64,000 nt of DNA, taken from assembly GCA_002633005.1 (NCBI GenBank), contig NMRA01000019.1, positions 111,555-175,554 of the forward strand, given 5' to 3'. This document shows positions 24,901-37,130 of this stretch, one piece after another. Source of the stretch: Phoronis australis. Lineage: Eukaryota > Animalia > Phoronida. Both the position numbers and the translations under genes were made by a program. How positions within the stretch are numbered: position 1 is the first letter of the stretch; each line of letters begins with the position of its first letter. The notes under the pieces are model-generated. The model did not search any database, was not told the DNA's origin, and saw only the letters and a list, made by a program, of their open reading frames with translations.

Positions 24901-27900
24901 AATACTAGTAATAATTAAGACCTAGTCTGAGTAATCGTAGCAAACAGCATGTCATTACACTTGAATGCTACTTACAGTTGTATAAGTATTGGAGTTCTCG
25001 CATGAAGTATTTTCCTTTTTTGTTATTTTCTTTTTTCTTTCATGTTCTTTCAGTTCTCTGTTTTCCAATGTTGTATACAGAGATTTGTTTCTTAAGTGAT
25101 GGTGACACAGAGGAAGAATTTTTGTTCATGATAACTATTCTCTTCACTAGTTTCTTGTTCAGTCTAGTCAGCATTTTTTAAAAGTGGCGGCAAGTACATG
25201 AGTACTTCAGCTATCACCCTCTCCATGTTCACGTTGCTGCATCACTTCATGTAACCTTGTGTGCGTTTTGTGGTTATTCGGATGTTTAGTGATGACGTAC
25301 ATGCCACTATTATGACGCGTTTGGACCGCAAATAGGAATAGAAGTACACAGTCACATCCCATTTTCAAAAAAGGCAGGTCTTGATTTTTTCTCCGATTCA
25401 GGTAACCACGGGGGCAATTTGGCACTTTTACAAACTTACATGTATGTTTGCAATCATCATGACATTTCATAGCTTGCTTACTCTTGCTTTTGTGCATGCA
25501 GCTTTTCAAAAAAAGGACTGGATTCTGAAATTGATGCGGGTGGATATTTTTTAGGCCGGTGAGCTTTTGTGGTCTTAATCTGTGTCTACACTCTTTTTTA
25601 TCCCATTTTCAAGATCGTACTGAGAACTACCATGGTGTGACAGGGTCCTCAAATTCAACTGAAAGCGTTTTCAATTGCTTTCCCCTTTCATCTTTTTAGA
25701 AACACGTCACCAGTTCCAGATAAAAGTTGCAAGAAATTGCCATGGAGGATACGCGTGTATGCAGTGTTGGTCTGGCTGGATTGTTATACTTTCGTTTAAC
25801 TACAGAGAGACAAATAATGATACATGTCAACCACATTTCAATCCAGTAAGCGCAAGGATAACTACCGTCATCCACGCATATATGTGTTCCTGTAAAGACG
25901 TGTGCAGTGTTGGACCTATTGAATTGAAGCAGCTAAATTTCAATTTGTTGGAAGTGTTTTATACCTGTGTCGAAGGTAAAATAATGATTTAGAGATTAAC
26001 TTCCAACGACCTTTCATCTTACACACCGCTTATCTTGACGTTTATCCGACACAAGTCTTTTAAATTAAAAAGGGACTTTTACTGATTCTCTTCCAATACA
26101 ACAAAGAGAGTAATTAGTGCTATATGTTTATTCCGTTGCGTGTTTAGCATTTTAATAAACAATTGTAAAATAACTGGTCATGAAATCTCCAAAAAGGATA
26201 ACACAAATGGACAATTAATTTACGATTGCCTACCGAAAATCACGGCTCCATGGTATCCATTACTGAACAAGTATATATGCAACAGCAAAGATAAAATGTC
26301 GAATTGGAAAAATGTCTGTCGGTAAAGTAGTCTATTGAACAGGTGGGCGCTGCATTGAAGACAAATCATTATAACCCTGCATGTATAATTGGCACGAGAA
26401 ATTAAAAGACGATGCCATTTTAAGGCAATGTTTTCTGATCACAATATTTGTAAGAGAACAATAGATGTTTTACCTCTTCTCTACAATCTCCCTAAATACA
26501 TGCTAATGCATTTCAGATAACCAAATGTTCAACCTAAGCCACACAGACAACAATGTCCGCTCGGCAACAAAAGGCTTGCTAAAATCCCCTCACTACCCCT
26601 CGATTGATTACATGACGCGCCTGTCCTGTGTAATCTCGTCCGACGAAAAAGTCAGTTTGTGGATTGTTCATGTGAGTGTCGAGGACAAGCAGGATTTCAA
26701 ATCTTTATGTGTAAGATCGAGGGAGGGACTCAGCGTGTGCGCCAAGAACAGGTCTATGATAATTTCTCGAACCAGTTTGCCAGAACCACATATTACAAGT
26801 ACGGAAATCTTCCTGGAACTTAATGTCATAGATGGTTGTTCAATCAAGGGGAAAGTTGCGATTCTATTTAAAGGTAAGTCAACTTATTTCATCAATTTTC
26901 ATGTAATATCATGTCGATGGAAACGCTGCAGATGACAATTCGCGATGAATTTTTATGTTGGTGTGGGCGACTTTACTTGGAAATTATCCAGTTTTATAAC
27001 AAAACCACACATTTTTCTTGGCTTCTTGTCAGCTCGAATTCATACGTAGTTCTCAATAAGAGATTTTTTTCTTCATTTTCAAGAAAACATATAAGCTAGG
27101 CAAGCCCCTGTCGCATACGATGTGCAAGTGAAGAAACGTTCGTTGAAAGTTTTGCATTCAAAGTCACATTTGTGGTGCGACTCAATTGCCATACGACAAC
27201 GGTGGGACTTCTCCACGACTATCGTACTTCTGCCAAAATGTTTTATCAAATAACCGTGCGCTTACACGGGAGAGGCAGCAAAGCAAATATTCCCAACAAT
27301 AATGCGAACTCCGCATGTTGAATTTTAGTCATAACGTACGACAGTCGCAGGACGGCGACACTTTGTCGAACATTCGCATATCTTTGATACGTCTAACGTA
27401 AGCCGATCGTAAAACGATCCCTATTAAATTTGAGGATCTTAAATTACTCGAACTTCCTATGACATGTGTGCGTTTGTTGTGCAATAGTCGCACGACATCA
27501 TACGACGGTCCTACAATATAAATCTGTCGTAGAAATTGAGTGTAAAGTTTCATGTACGAGATTACAACTGCTTCAGAGCTCACGTGACCTCCAGACCAAT
27601 TTCTCATTGGATATAATGAATACGGTCGTAAAACATGAGCGAAGTCTAGGTCGTAATTACGAACGACTCTTTCATTAAAACACCCACGATAGTTAACGGT
27701 AGAATTGCAAATTTACTTTCTATGAATGTTGAATACTAAGTAACGTGCCGTTTCTGAACGTAGCTACAAAGCCGAAGTCTGTCAACATAACCTGCAGACA
27801 GCCGCCACCCATTACTGGTACACGTAGCACTGTGTCTACAACGCAAAGAATCAGGTACATTTACATGGAGTTATCAATTTGCTGAGCGGTAAATGGTGGT

Positions 27901-30900
27901 TTTTATAGAGAGGTTTTGTCGGTGAGTGAGCAGTTGAATCATAATGCTTTTAAAAATGTGCCTGTTTGTGATCAGGTTATGTGGCATAATAGAGATATAA
28001 CACTTAATAGTAAGTCACTATATTATAAAGATTTTGCTAAGAATGGACTATGTCTCATCAATGACTTTTTTGATGCTGAAAATAAGCTTTTATCGTTAGA
28101 GGTGCACAGTGCAAAATAGAAATTAAAAGATTTTCAAATTCTGAGTTTTAATTCAATATCTATTATTTCATCTAGAAATATTGCTTAAACTCATCAGAGA
28201 TTGGTTGGCTGCAACAATAAAATTTGCTTGGATTATAATAAAATTTAAAAAGAAAAAATCACAGATATTTTGTTGCAGAAGTATTGCAAAGAAACAGACA
28301 ACTATGAAATTTGTTGCAGCATTATTTCAAACATGATATTAAAACATTATTCCTTGCCTTTTACACTTCCCCTAGATCCGTGCATTAAATCTTTTAAGTA
28401 TATGTTGTTACATAACAGAGTGTATACTAACTCTTTGTTATATAAGATGAAGATTGGTAATTCAGATAAATGTCCCTATTGTAATCTAGTGCAGAATACT
28501 GAACACATGTTTTTCTATTGTGATGTAGTGCAAAGATTGTTGATTAATGTTCAGGATATTTTGACATCTTCCCTTAAAGAAGAATAACCAAGAATGAATT
28601 CATGTTTTGCCATTTGAGTTCTCCTGAATTCTCCCTGTTGATTAATTATGCTATCACTGTCGCCCATTGTTTTATTTACTTACTTAACAAACAGCAGTTG
28701 CATCCACATCGGTCTGCCTTTAAGTTATTCATGTCCAAATATCTTAAAATTACGATATTTGAATTTCAAAAACAAAAAGAACCGGACAACATTAAAATAA
28801 GAATGTGGGAGAGACTCAGCACTGTCATGCAATGAATCTGTTATATACTAAATTCATGTATTGTTTCGTGGTATTTCTATTAAATGATGAAGTGTGTGAA
28901 TGAGTGTGTGTGTGTCTATGAGAGTGAAAGTCCTCACCCCTTTTCCTTGTTCACCCTTTAAAAATTATAAGTGTATATTGTTGAAGAATAAATATATAAT
29001 GTAAAAAAAGAAATCACTGAGCACGATTTTTTGCTTCTCCAAGTAAAGTTCTAAAACATCTTCTTTCTTATTCAACACGAATTGATGTCAATGAAAAGAC
29101 ATAAAACAAAAATACCATTTTGTTTCATTTATTCCATTCCTTGTACATGTAGTGGTATGTGTTTTAGTCAAATAGTGTCACAACCAAAGGAAACATTGAA
29201 TAAAAACACACTCACCATGCACTTTGTTGGTGCTTGTAACTACGGCTCATAGCATAATTTGTTTCCGACAATATTTCATAACCAAACTGTCAACAAATTC
29301 AACGACATCAGTTAAAAGACTAGAGTCCACAGCCACGCCCACCTCCAGTTACAGCAGTGTTTTAACACTGACACAAACTGAGTCAGCCTCTGGGTAACTT
29401 TCTCTTTTTTGAAGTACTGGTTGTTTCGCTATGTCTCGGTTCGCCTTATATGGATTCGTTACCAACAAACTGCGTACATGGAGTTAACGTATTGTAAAAC
29501 AAGGAAGTTTTTGAAGAGCATGTTTGAGCTGGTGCTTTTTTCTTATTCTTGTGCTATAGAAATTTCGAAGACATATTGCTCTTATAGGTATGCAGTCAAA
29601 ACAAGAAATTTATTGTCATAACTTCAGAACTGGGAAGAATACTCTCACCAAGTCGTTGACGTCAAATGGAAAACACTTGTCGACAACACCGACCAATAAT
29701 TACAGCTTCGTTTCCTCACCAACCAATGTTATTTCTACCTCAACGTAAGGCTTTTTGGTTTGCTTCGCCGTTACTGTGAATTTTTATTTTGTTTTGATTA
29801 AAAATTCAGGCTACGTAATGCCGAATGCACATTCTAAATCAACATAATATTGAGCATTATATTATAATGGTCTGTAGGCTACGGATATTTTAGCAGTCTT
29901 AAACAAAGATGCCTTTTCATTATTGACTTTGTTGGTCTTGATAGTTAGCGGCAGGGAACTCTTCAGAGTCCCACTACAAAATATTGTATTCCACATAGAC
30001 GTGGGTGTCATTTTAAACACACATTCATGTCATGTCTTTTTGTTTTCCTGTCTCTTGGTTATATTTCCCCCTCTAGACGTCCAAACTATTGGTAGGCAAC
30101 GCGCAGCTCTCACTAGTCATCAACAACTACGTTGAACTAAAGAATGATTGACAGCTATGTGATTGCATAATGTGAGAGAAATGTTAAGGTCAGAACAATA
30201 AATTGTATTTTTCAGTATCGCTCCTCTTTTCAACAATTCGGGTCAAACTATGTCTCCGGTGGAAGGTAAAAGGTTTTATCTACTCTTGATATGATTAGCA
30301 AGGCATTCCTGATATGGGTATTAATGCTAACCGTTGTATACCGTTTCATCAGACGGTTGTCGTATGTAATAATGTATCAGTCTGATCGTTTGCATTTATG
30401 ATTTATATACTTTGAAGCTTCAAAAACATATCTGTGTTTGTCCACGTTTTCTAGGCATCTTGTATTGAGCTAATGGGCCAAAGAAAGCGTGAGCTCCTGG
30501 CGCAGTATGTGTTGACGTGGAAAAACGATTACTAAAGATCGTCATAAAACTTTATCAACTAAATAGTGAGACGTTTATCGTGTTGCAGCACCACTCATAG
30601 CCGGAAGTGTCGGGGCTGCTGTTGGCGTCACCACAGTACTGTCTGTTTTAATCACGTGCCTCGTCTACAGGTAATTAACATCGCGATGTTGTTAACGTTT
30701 TGGGTACCGGGACCCGTTTCTTCAAAGGTCGTAAGTCCAGTCTTTTAACGGTCGTAAATGCACGCAGTTCTTTAAAGGGACATTAGCGGGGAGGAAAGTT
30801 ATTTTGTGTCATGACCCTAGGTGCGGATTCGAACCAACCTCGTTTCGACCTCCAGCGCGCAGTCTGCTTGGCGCAAGTTCCTGACAGTATTAACTTCCTG

Positions 30901-32355
30901 ATTTGGAAAGTCACGTGAGCTTACTTGCCTGGTAGGCATTCTTAGGTTCGCAAGTAAAAAAGCTGTAGAGATTACAGAAACACCGTTGATTTGTTTTTTA
31001 GTTAAAATTCTGTACACTGGGAATTATTCTAAGTCTCCTATAAGGAGTATAATAAGTGTGCAATGTGCAAGGTAATACAATTCCTTCGATTAATACCAGT
31101 ACAGCATACACAGCGGAGAATGAGGCTATGAAGGTGTTGCCGTTGACATGAAATTATGAATGAAAAATCGTAGCGGCGAAGGTACCGACCTGCACACTTG
31201 TTGGGCGGTCCAGATTTCGTATGACCTTTCCATAAAGCCTCTTGTTCAGGAAACAGCTGGACCGTGACAACCATAATGCATCATCAACTGAAACTACTGA
31301 GCCCGCCGTGATAGGCTAATAACCCTGACTTGAGGCAATAAATGAACTGCCAGTTCTTCTGAAGCCTTGAAATCATTTCTAAGGTGAGAGAAAAACAAGA
31401 TGGGACAGATTCTGTAACAGTAAGTGGCCTGAACCGAATATTGATGCTCGACAAGGGGCGCAGATTTTTGCACCTTTAAAAATGTTTCTGTTTTCTTGAG
31501 AGTAAAAATCAGTTTATTTTTTGTTTTGCTAGACGCAGACGACGAAGCACTTCAGCTGAAAAGGAAACAGAACTTGCTGACAACCCGATCTACGAAGGAG
31601 GGCCGCGTGAACATAGTTCGCTGGATGAACAAATAACAAACCAGTCAACATACCAAGTTCTGAACAAAGACATATACACACAATTGGACAGGAATACTGT
31701 TGATATTAAGGCGAATTGTAATGACCAATTAACATACCAGTCAACATATCAAGTTCTGAACAAAGACATTTACACACAACTGGACAGGAATACTGTTGAC
31801 ACTAAGGCAAATTGCAAAGGGCCAGAAGGAGTGAATGGTGATAAAAACTCCAATCATCTACCACCCACTTATGAGGCATTCCAACTGACCGATGGCTGTA
31901 ACGAAGATTATCAAACGCCAAAGAAATCTGTTGACAGCTCTGAATACACGCAGCTTAACTTTGCCCACGAAGACAACTCGGGGTCCATAAACGAGCAATC
32001 CAACTCGATGTACTCCGATCTTGAGTCTGACAAAGAAAGAAAAATCAAAATCTTTTATTCTGCTAACCGCGATGTGACAACGGAAAATGATTACTTTGTT
32101 TTAGAAACACACTCGGATCAAATTGGTGGCTTGAACGAAACAGAGACAGAGCCAGTATACTTCGAAATGGAAAAAGAGGGTACGGAAAAGGAGACCGGCA
32201 ATCATTACTTTGTTTCGGACAAGGAAGACAACCGAGACGTCAGCTCTGACCCAACATACTTCGAACTTGAACAAAATCAAGCTGCGATTTCCAGTCCGAA
32301 ACCGGACGAGAATGATTACTTTGTTTTGGAATCTGACAATCCCCATGTCAGATGA
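21907..32355 (+). CDS. Type I membrane receptor paralog 1: signal peptide, SUEL/galactose-lectin-like, CUB-like, S/T stalk, TM, tyrosine-motif-rich tail (~680 aa)
   Basis: Phase-compatible GT-AG exons: 21907-22018 (MGVLEPIFSFFCLVLCIMTVRS signal), 25700-25975 (SUEL-like Cys pattern ending EVFYTCVE), 26517-26873 (GLLKSPHYP, CUB-like), 27764-27854, 29253(or 29280)-29393, 29628-29744, 30216-30265 (S/T-rich), 30589-30670 (TM APLIAGSVGAAVGVTTVLSVLITCLVYR), 31533-32355 (RRRR stop-transfer plus tail). The joined frame is open throughout. Confidence 0.8.
22880..24885 (+). mobile_element. Degraded CR1-group LINE (RT plus C-terminal Cys motif) in intron 1 of paralog 1
   Basis: MKGGKSPGLENI...YPSEWKKSLVVPIFKGG; AFADLKSSFDCV; LFAHDL (degenerate YADD); HFCLECPCYTDLR; AATAAA at ~24866. 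Confidence 0.75.
25700..25975 (+). CDS. Paralog 1 exon 2, SUEL/Gal_lectin-like domain
   Basis: tttttag|...|gtaaa, phase 1-1; C...IVILSFNY...C...CSCKDVCSV...EVFYTC. Confidence 0.7.
26517..26873 (+). CDS. Paralog 1 exon 3, CUB-like domain
   Basis: tttcag|...|gtaagt, phase 1-1; GLLKSPHYP...LSCVI...VSLWI. Confidence 0.7.
27890..29010 (+). mobile_element. L1/Tx1-like LINE 3' remnant (zf-RVT region) in intron 4 of paralog 1
   Basis: QVMWHNRDITLNSKSLYYKDFAKNGLCLINDFFD; FKYMLLHNRVYTNSLLYKMKIGNSDKCPYC...EHMFFYC; AATAAA at 28987-28992 followed by an A-rich tail. Confidence 0.8.
31533..32355 (+). CDS. Paralog 1 terminal exon, cytoplasmic tail with 16 Tyr
   Basis: Acceptor ttttgctag; open frame RRRRSTSAEKETELADNPIYEGG...ENDYFVLESDNPHVR*. 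Confidence 0.85.
31627..31818 (+). repeat. Coding tandem duplication, 2 x 96 bp (32 aa)
   Basis: EQITNQSTYQVLNKDIYTQLDRNTVDIKANCN / DQLTYQSTYQVLNKDIYTQLDRNTVDTKANCK. Confidence 0.9.
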
Positions 32356-32582
32356 AAACGCAATGCCGTATTTTTATCCCAGTTGATAATTCGCGTATAG
32401 TTGTAGGAGCCTCATAATCTCTAAAGTATGCTAAACGGAACTGAAAACTGGTTTTGGGGTTTTTATCTTGGCGTTATATACATTTGCTTTAAAATGTGTT
32501 GATAGGCGTACAATATACAGGACAATTGGTACATTCAACCGACTCGCAGATAGTCATTGGGCACAAAGAACCGCAGTTCTCC

Positions 32583-32940
32583 TAGACAGTGATCACCGTC
32601 TCTAGCTGGCTCAGGAGATACAGTGGAGCTCCTCTAGCTACATGTAGGAGCTTCATACACGGGAAGCTTTTCTGTGAATTATGCCTCACCGATTTTGGGA
32701 ACTGAACGAGAGACTGCTCGAAGAAACAGTTGGAGTATTTCTTCGAGTTGGAAGGAATTAATTACATCGACGGCCTCCTAAGGTATCCCTCTATGCGCAA
32801 AATGTATTTATAACAAAGTGACTTTCATGTTTGAGTCAGTGTGAGGCATAATTCGCCGAAAAGCTTCCGGCGTATGAAGCTCCTATAGGAGCTTCACCGT
32901 CTCTACTGGGCCAGCTCAGAGTGAAGGTTATCACTGTCTA
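32583..32940. mobile_element. MITE with ~100-bp imperfect TIRs
   Basis: TAGACAGTGATCACC ... GGTTATCACTGTCTA, with internal GAAGCTTTTC...AATTATGCCTCAC inverted. Partial second copy at 9505-9760. Confidence 0.75.
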
Positions 32941-33301
32941 TAGTTCTACGCATCACGGTTCCTTAACACTGCAGTGAAGCATGTTTACCTAAAGCTTCCT
33001 TAAACCCGTGATTTCTGTCAAAAATCAGGTTTTGATTTACGCCGCTTCTATTATCTGGCTCCATACTCAGTTTAGAAGTAATGGCATGGCTCGAGAAGAA
33101 CGTTATTTCATCAGAACAAGCTTACAAAAGTTAAGGTCAGGACGTGATGGTAAAATTCATGAACTTGAAATGACGACCTGTCGGTTCTTTCCAAACCAAG
33201 AAATCGCATATATTTTAAGAAACAATTTGAGACCAATTTCCGGGTAAGTGGACACAAAACTTTTTAAGATAGAAAGCACGGGTTCAATGCCGCTTTATTA
33301 A

Positions 33302-33442
33302 CATGGTCGGCGCAGCACTGAAAAAGTGGGGGGCTATAGCCCCCCAACCCCCTGTGGTGTACCACCCCTAGACCATGGGCGCCGGGGCACTGAAAAAATG
33401 GGGGGCTATAGCCCCCGAGCCTCCTATGGTGTTCCGCCCATG
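33302..33442. repeat. Two tandem short hAT-like MITEs
   Basis: CATGG..GGCGC..CACTGAAAAA.TGGGGGGCTATAGCCCCC occurs twice; same family as 12583-12666. Confidence 0.6.
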
Positions 33443-35736
33443 TGGAAGGGGCATTTCGCTATCAATGTTGACTGAAACGCTTAAGTTTAAGATTTAAAAA
33501 CAATACCACGCTTATATGATCCTGAATTTTTGCCGAACAAGTCAACACCTCAAGTCATAGGTAATGCGCACATGTGTCCCATAAAATAAGAAACGTTTTC
33601 TTTAGTCGATTATGGTTTGTATGTTGTTGTTGCTAACGCAAATCGAGTCCTTTCACAATAAGGAAAGACAGATTTCATGAACTTACGTGAATTCGTTTTT
33701 CGTTTTTGGAAGCTATTTATACTGCGGTAATGCAGTCTTAAAAGGTTTCGTTTCAAACGTGATACGAGTAGACGAAAACGGTAATGTTGACACTGCGACC
33801 ACAAAATTGTTTTTAGTTACTGAGATACTCCAACATACGAGAGACCACAAATACATTCTACACATGGTCATCTAACTCCCTACTCACTGTGTCAAGTTGG
33901 AAATATTCACTGCTTCCGCAAAACAGCGGTACAAAGCTCTTTATTGTGTGAACGTGAATTCTTCTCAGTTCATCAAACCTAAACATACAAAAGTTTAGGT
34001 ACCCAGGAACTACCAAAATTCGGCAAACATACAATTCGTAGCTCTGAAGTACCCCGTGAATCTTAATAAATGTTCACATTTTCAAAAGCTCGAGCCCCCC
34101 ATTTTTAGGCTTGGTAGGCGCATGCTTCTAACACAAGCAATGTTACAGACACTTTACTGATGTAACAAAATTGAAAGAGCTCTTAAAAAAGAAAAAGACC
34201 AAGCTGATGATGGAAATAATGTAGGGCCCACTACAAAATTAAGGAGATTGCCACTGTCAGTTATATTTAACAGTGCTCAAAGAAATATACCGTATGTCTT
34301 GCCACCAACGTGAACCATTTGAAACAAATCAAATTCCATCACAGGGGAACTTCACAAATAAAAGAAAAGTTGAAAACCTATCCCAGTTCCAAACATTCAA
34401 TTGTAAATAGGTCTACCTATTCTTAATTCGAAAAAGTGTCATTTATGGTAAATAATCTTTAGTTTAGGTAAAAAAAATATTCTGCTTGATAAATTTGTAG
34501 TAATTATAGCTGTCCCAATCTCAAAGGCACTGGCAGTAGTACTTTTACCTACATGTGAGTGATCAGCACTGCTTTTTATGAACTTCTAAGCCTATTTTCT
34601 GACCCTTTTATGTAAAAACATGAGCTGTTGAGAAATATAAAAATGCAAATATCGTCCATGTTCTGTAATTCATTATCTTGAAAATTCAAATGTCCCTCAG
34701 ATTTCAGTGTCTCACATTTTGGAGATTCTTGAATTGGAGAAGTTTTAGTGTAGGAAAATTTTGCTATCTAAAACAAAAAGCGTCAAAAGAAATTTCAGCT
34801 CTACGGTAAATAAGACGCTTTTCATTTTCACACAAAAACTATTGCCAAAATGTCCATTTCTCTATTTTCAAAGGCTGAACTACGGTATAAAGGATGATAT
34901 AAAATTTTCTATGTCTTAAATTGGCAACTATCCCGTGCAATCAATGCCAGTAATGTTGCTCATTTTTCTTAATGTTTACTTTTGCTGAGCACTTGACAAT
35001 TCAAAATAAAATTCCAATCGTTGACTATACTGTACCAAAGTGAACACCATTTTGGTTATCTGTTTCAGTAAAAAGGATTACTGTAACAAGGCTGAAGTGT
35101 TTAGGTCAAACGCTATTGAGGCTGACAAAAAAGTATTCCAGGTAGGGTGTAGGCTTGCAGAGATATTTTTAAACTTAGTTATTAAAGTTGGGATCAACAT
35201 TATTTTGCGTTTCCAGGTCAACTCATGGAAGACATTGAATAGTTTGTATGCAAGCTGTACGGCGACTCGTCATCAACAGTTAACAAAGCATGCTACAACA
35301 TATTCAGGTTGAGATCTGTGATGGAATCACTTCTGCCTCCTAGTCATGATTGTTTGCTTTTACATGCCCAGTGTGCCATTCACAAACGAGCCTTGCAACA
35401 GCATGCCAGTGCACCATCTCCAGTTGGTAGCCGGTGACTTTTGGAGTAGGGTAATCTGAATTTCCACTGGATGACTCTGCCTTCAACCCCACAAAATATC
35501 AAGAAAAATGTTAATTGCAAATGTAAAAAGAGTGGTTGCAGTACAAAAGTGTGCTCTTGTTTGAAGTCGGGCGTGCCATGTTCAAAGTTGTGTGACTGTC
35601 AAGATTGTGAACACGGTGTCTCAAGAAACAACTTTTGATGACAATAATGATGAATGCAAACAATGGATTGGATGAACAAACATAAAAAGCATGTGAAAAC
35701 TTTAAATTTGTAGCCTAATAGAAAATATTTACATTT

Positions 35737-36441
35737 TATACCACAATATTAGCCTCAAATGGCAGATACACCCGTGTAATAACCCATAAAGTTATCTCAC
35801 TAGTGAGATAACAATTTGGCGGGAAACCGAGGTCGGGGTCGAACCCGGGACCCTTATATTGCTGGTCGCCGACTTTACCACTACACCACGCAGCGACTGA
35901 CGTCATCAAGAGTGAAAATAGAATACTTAAATGAGCACGCGCAATAATCGCACGTTCAACAAACCGCATTGTACTGTACTTATACGCTACGAAAAATAAG
36001 ACACATAATTTCCATAAAAATGATATCTTAATTCGGTGAAATTTTTCTCTCATGTCCTCTTACTTGTAAATCACCGATCTCTACTTTAAATGCGAGTATC
36101 GTGTCGTCAGGATCTTTGACTTGAGAATTATAATCAGTTACCAGTGGTAACCTACTTTAGCAGACGATAATTTCCCGGTCGAAGCTTAGCGTGAAAAAAA
36201 ACGTGTTTTAAGCTATAATAGTTGGTAAACCTTAATTTATAAATTCAATTTATTTCTATAATATTTAAGTTTTCAATTGGTGTTGAGTACAAGCATTATT
36301 TGACAAAAATAGCCGGGCTTTTCTTAAAAGGTCACGACCTCCGACCCCGGGCCTCTGACATAGAAAGTAGTTACAAAGCCGTGGAGAGTCAGAAAAGGTA
36401 AATCGATTCATTGCAATGTTTCTCGTTTAGTATGTGGTATA
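35737..36441. mobile_element. Non-autonomous element with TATACCACA...TGTGGTATA ends containing a tRNA-like segment
   Basis: Inverted ends at 35737-35745 and 36433-36441. The first ~63 bp recur at 63938-64000. Confidence 0.65.
35826..35897 (-). repeat. tRNA-derived (SINE-head-like) sequence with Pol III A and B boxes
   Basis: Minus strand GTCGCTGCGTGGTGTAGTGGTAAAG...GTCCCGGGTTCGACCCCG. The acceptor stem does not pair. Confidence 0.6.
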
Positions 36442-36610
36442 AATAGATTATTACATGTTCTCAGCCGTTATCCCCCTTATCTAGAGCCCTCGTGGATTTT
36501 GGAGAATTATCACCCTCGGGGCTAACGCCCCTCGGGCGATAATTCACCAAAATCCACTCGGGCTCTAGATAACGTGGGATAACGACTTCGCCATGTAATA
36601 ATCTATATTT
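36441..36610. repeat. Palindromic (hairpin) MITE, ~170 bp
   Basis: ATAGATTATTACATG...TCTAGAGCCC..GTGGATTTTGG / CCAAAATCCAC..GGGCTCTAGA...CATGTAATAATCTAT. Confidence 0.8.
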
Positions 36611-37130
36611 ATCAAGTTCCAAATGGTTAACACTAGTATTGTTCTTCCGGTAGTTCAGAATATAATAGTATGTTTTCTGGCCAACAGGATCGGCGTTGCT
36701 AAAACTTTTCTATTTGTCTTTTTTGAGCAATTGTCCACCTAATGTCATAATATTTATCACATTTTTGTCCAGTAACTTCAGATGAACAAAACCCAATCAA
36801 ATTACCATTCAGTTTGGGTCTAGTGTTGTTGGTTTTTGAAGATTGGTTTTCTGTGCCAAATTTTACAAAAAGTCAGATTTTTGAGGTCAAATTTCTCGAA
36901 AACGTGCAAGTCAAACCTTGAAAACTTTTCAGATTCTTAAAGTATAGTACTTAATGACCTTAAAAACACCAAAATTATCTCGCCCCCACTGAAGTTATTT
37001 TCTAGGCTTCCTAGAGACGAATGGACTATGGCCTATGTCACTGATAGGACACGAAAAGGTTAGTCGACTGGTTCCAGTTCTGTTAGATGACACCAGCAGA
37101 TATCATCGTGACAGTGGTGTCCGGGCAACA

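Larger units (their letters stand above)
35020..37028 (+). mobile_element. AcademX DNA transposon 3' part (XPG C-terminal region plus Cys8/tesmin-like CXC finger, right terminus)
   Basis: 35225-35638 in one frame with 3 internal stops: MEDIE*FVCKLYG...LLPPSHDCLLLHAQCA...HWMTLP...VNCKCKKSGCSTKVCSCLKSGVPCSKLCDCQDCEH. Putative terminus ...CCTAGAGACGAATGGACTA at 37028. Left boundary undefined. Confidence 0.7.

Noticed and set aside
24978-25181. Hydrophobic ORF as an extra exon or small membrane protein
   Set aside because: The sequence is T-rich intronic DNA with no convincing donor, and exons 1 and 2 of paralog 1 already join in phase.
31651-31782. Canonical ITAMs (YQVL...YTQL)
   Set aside because: The spacer is only 4 residues versus the usual 6-8 or more, so it is reported only as a tandem tyrosine module.
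35225-35638. Host tesmin/LIN54 CXC gene
   Set aside because: It has in-frame stops, and the upstream LPP...LH and WM motifs fit the Academ transposon C-terminus.
35826-35897. Functional tRNA gene
   Set aside because: A and B boxes are present, but the acceptor and anticodon stems do not pair and the sequence is embedded in a repeat.
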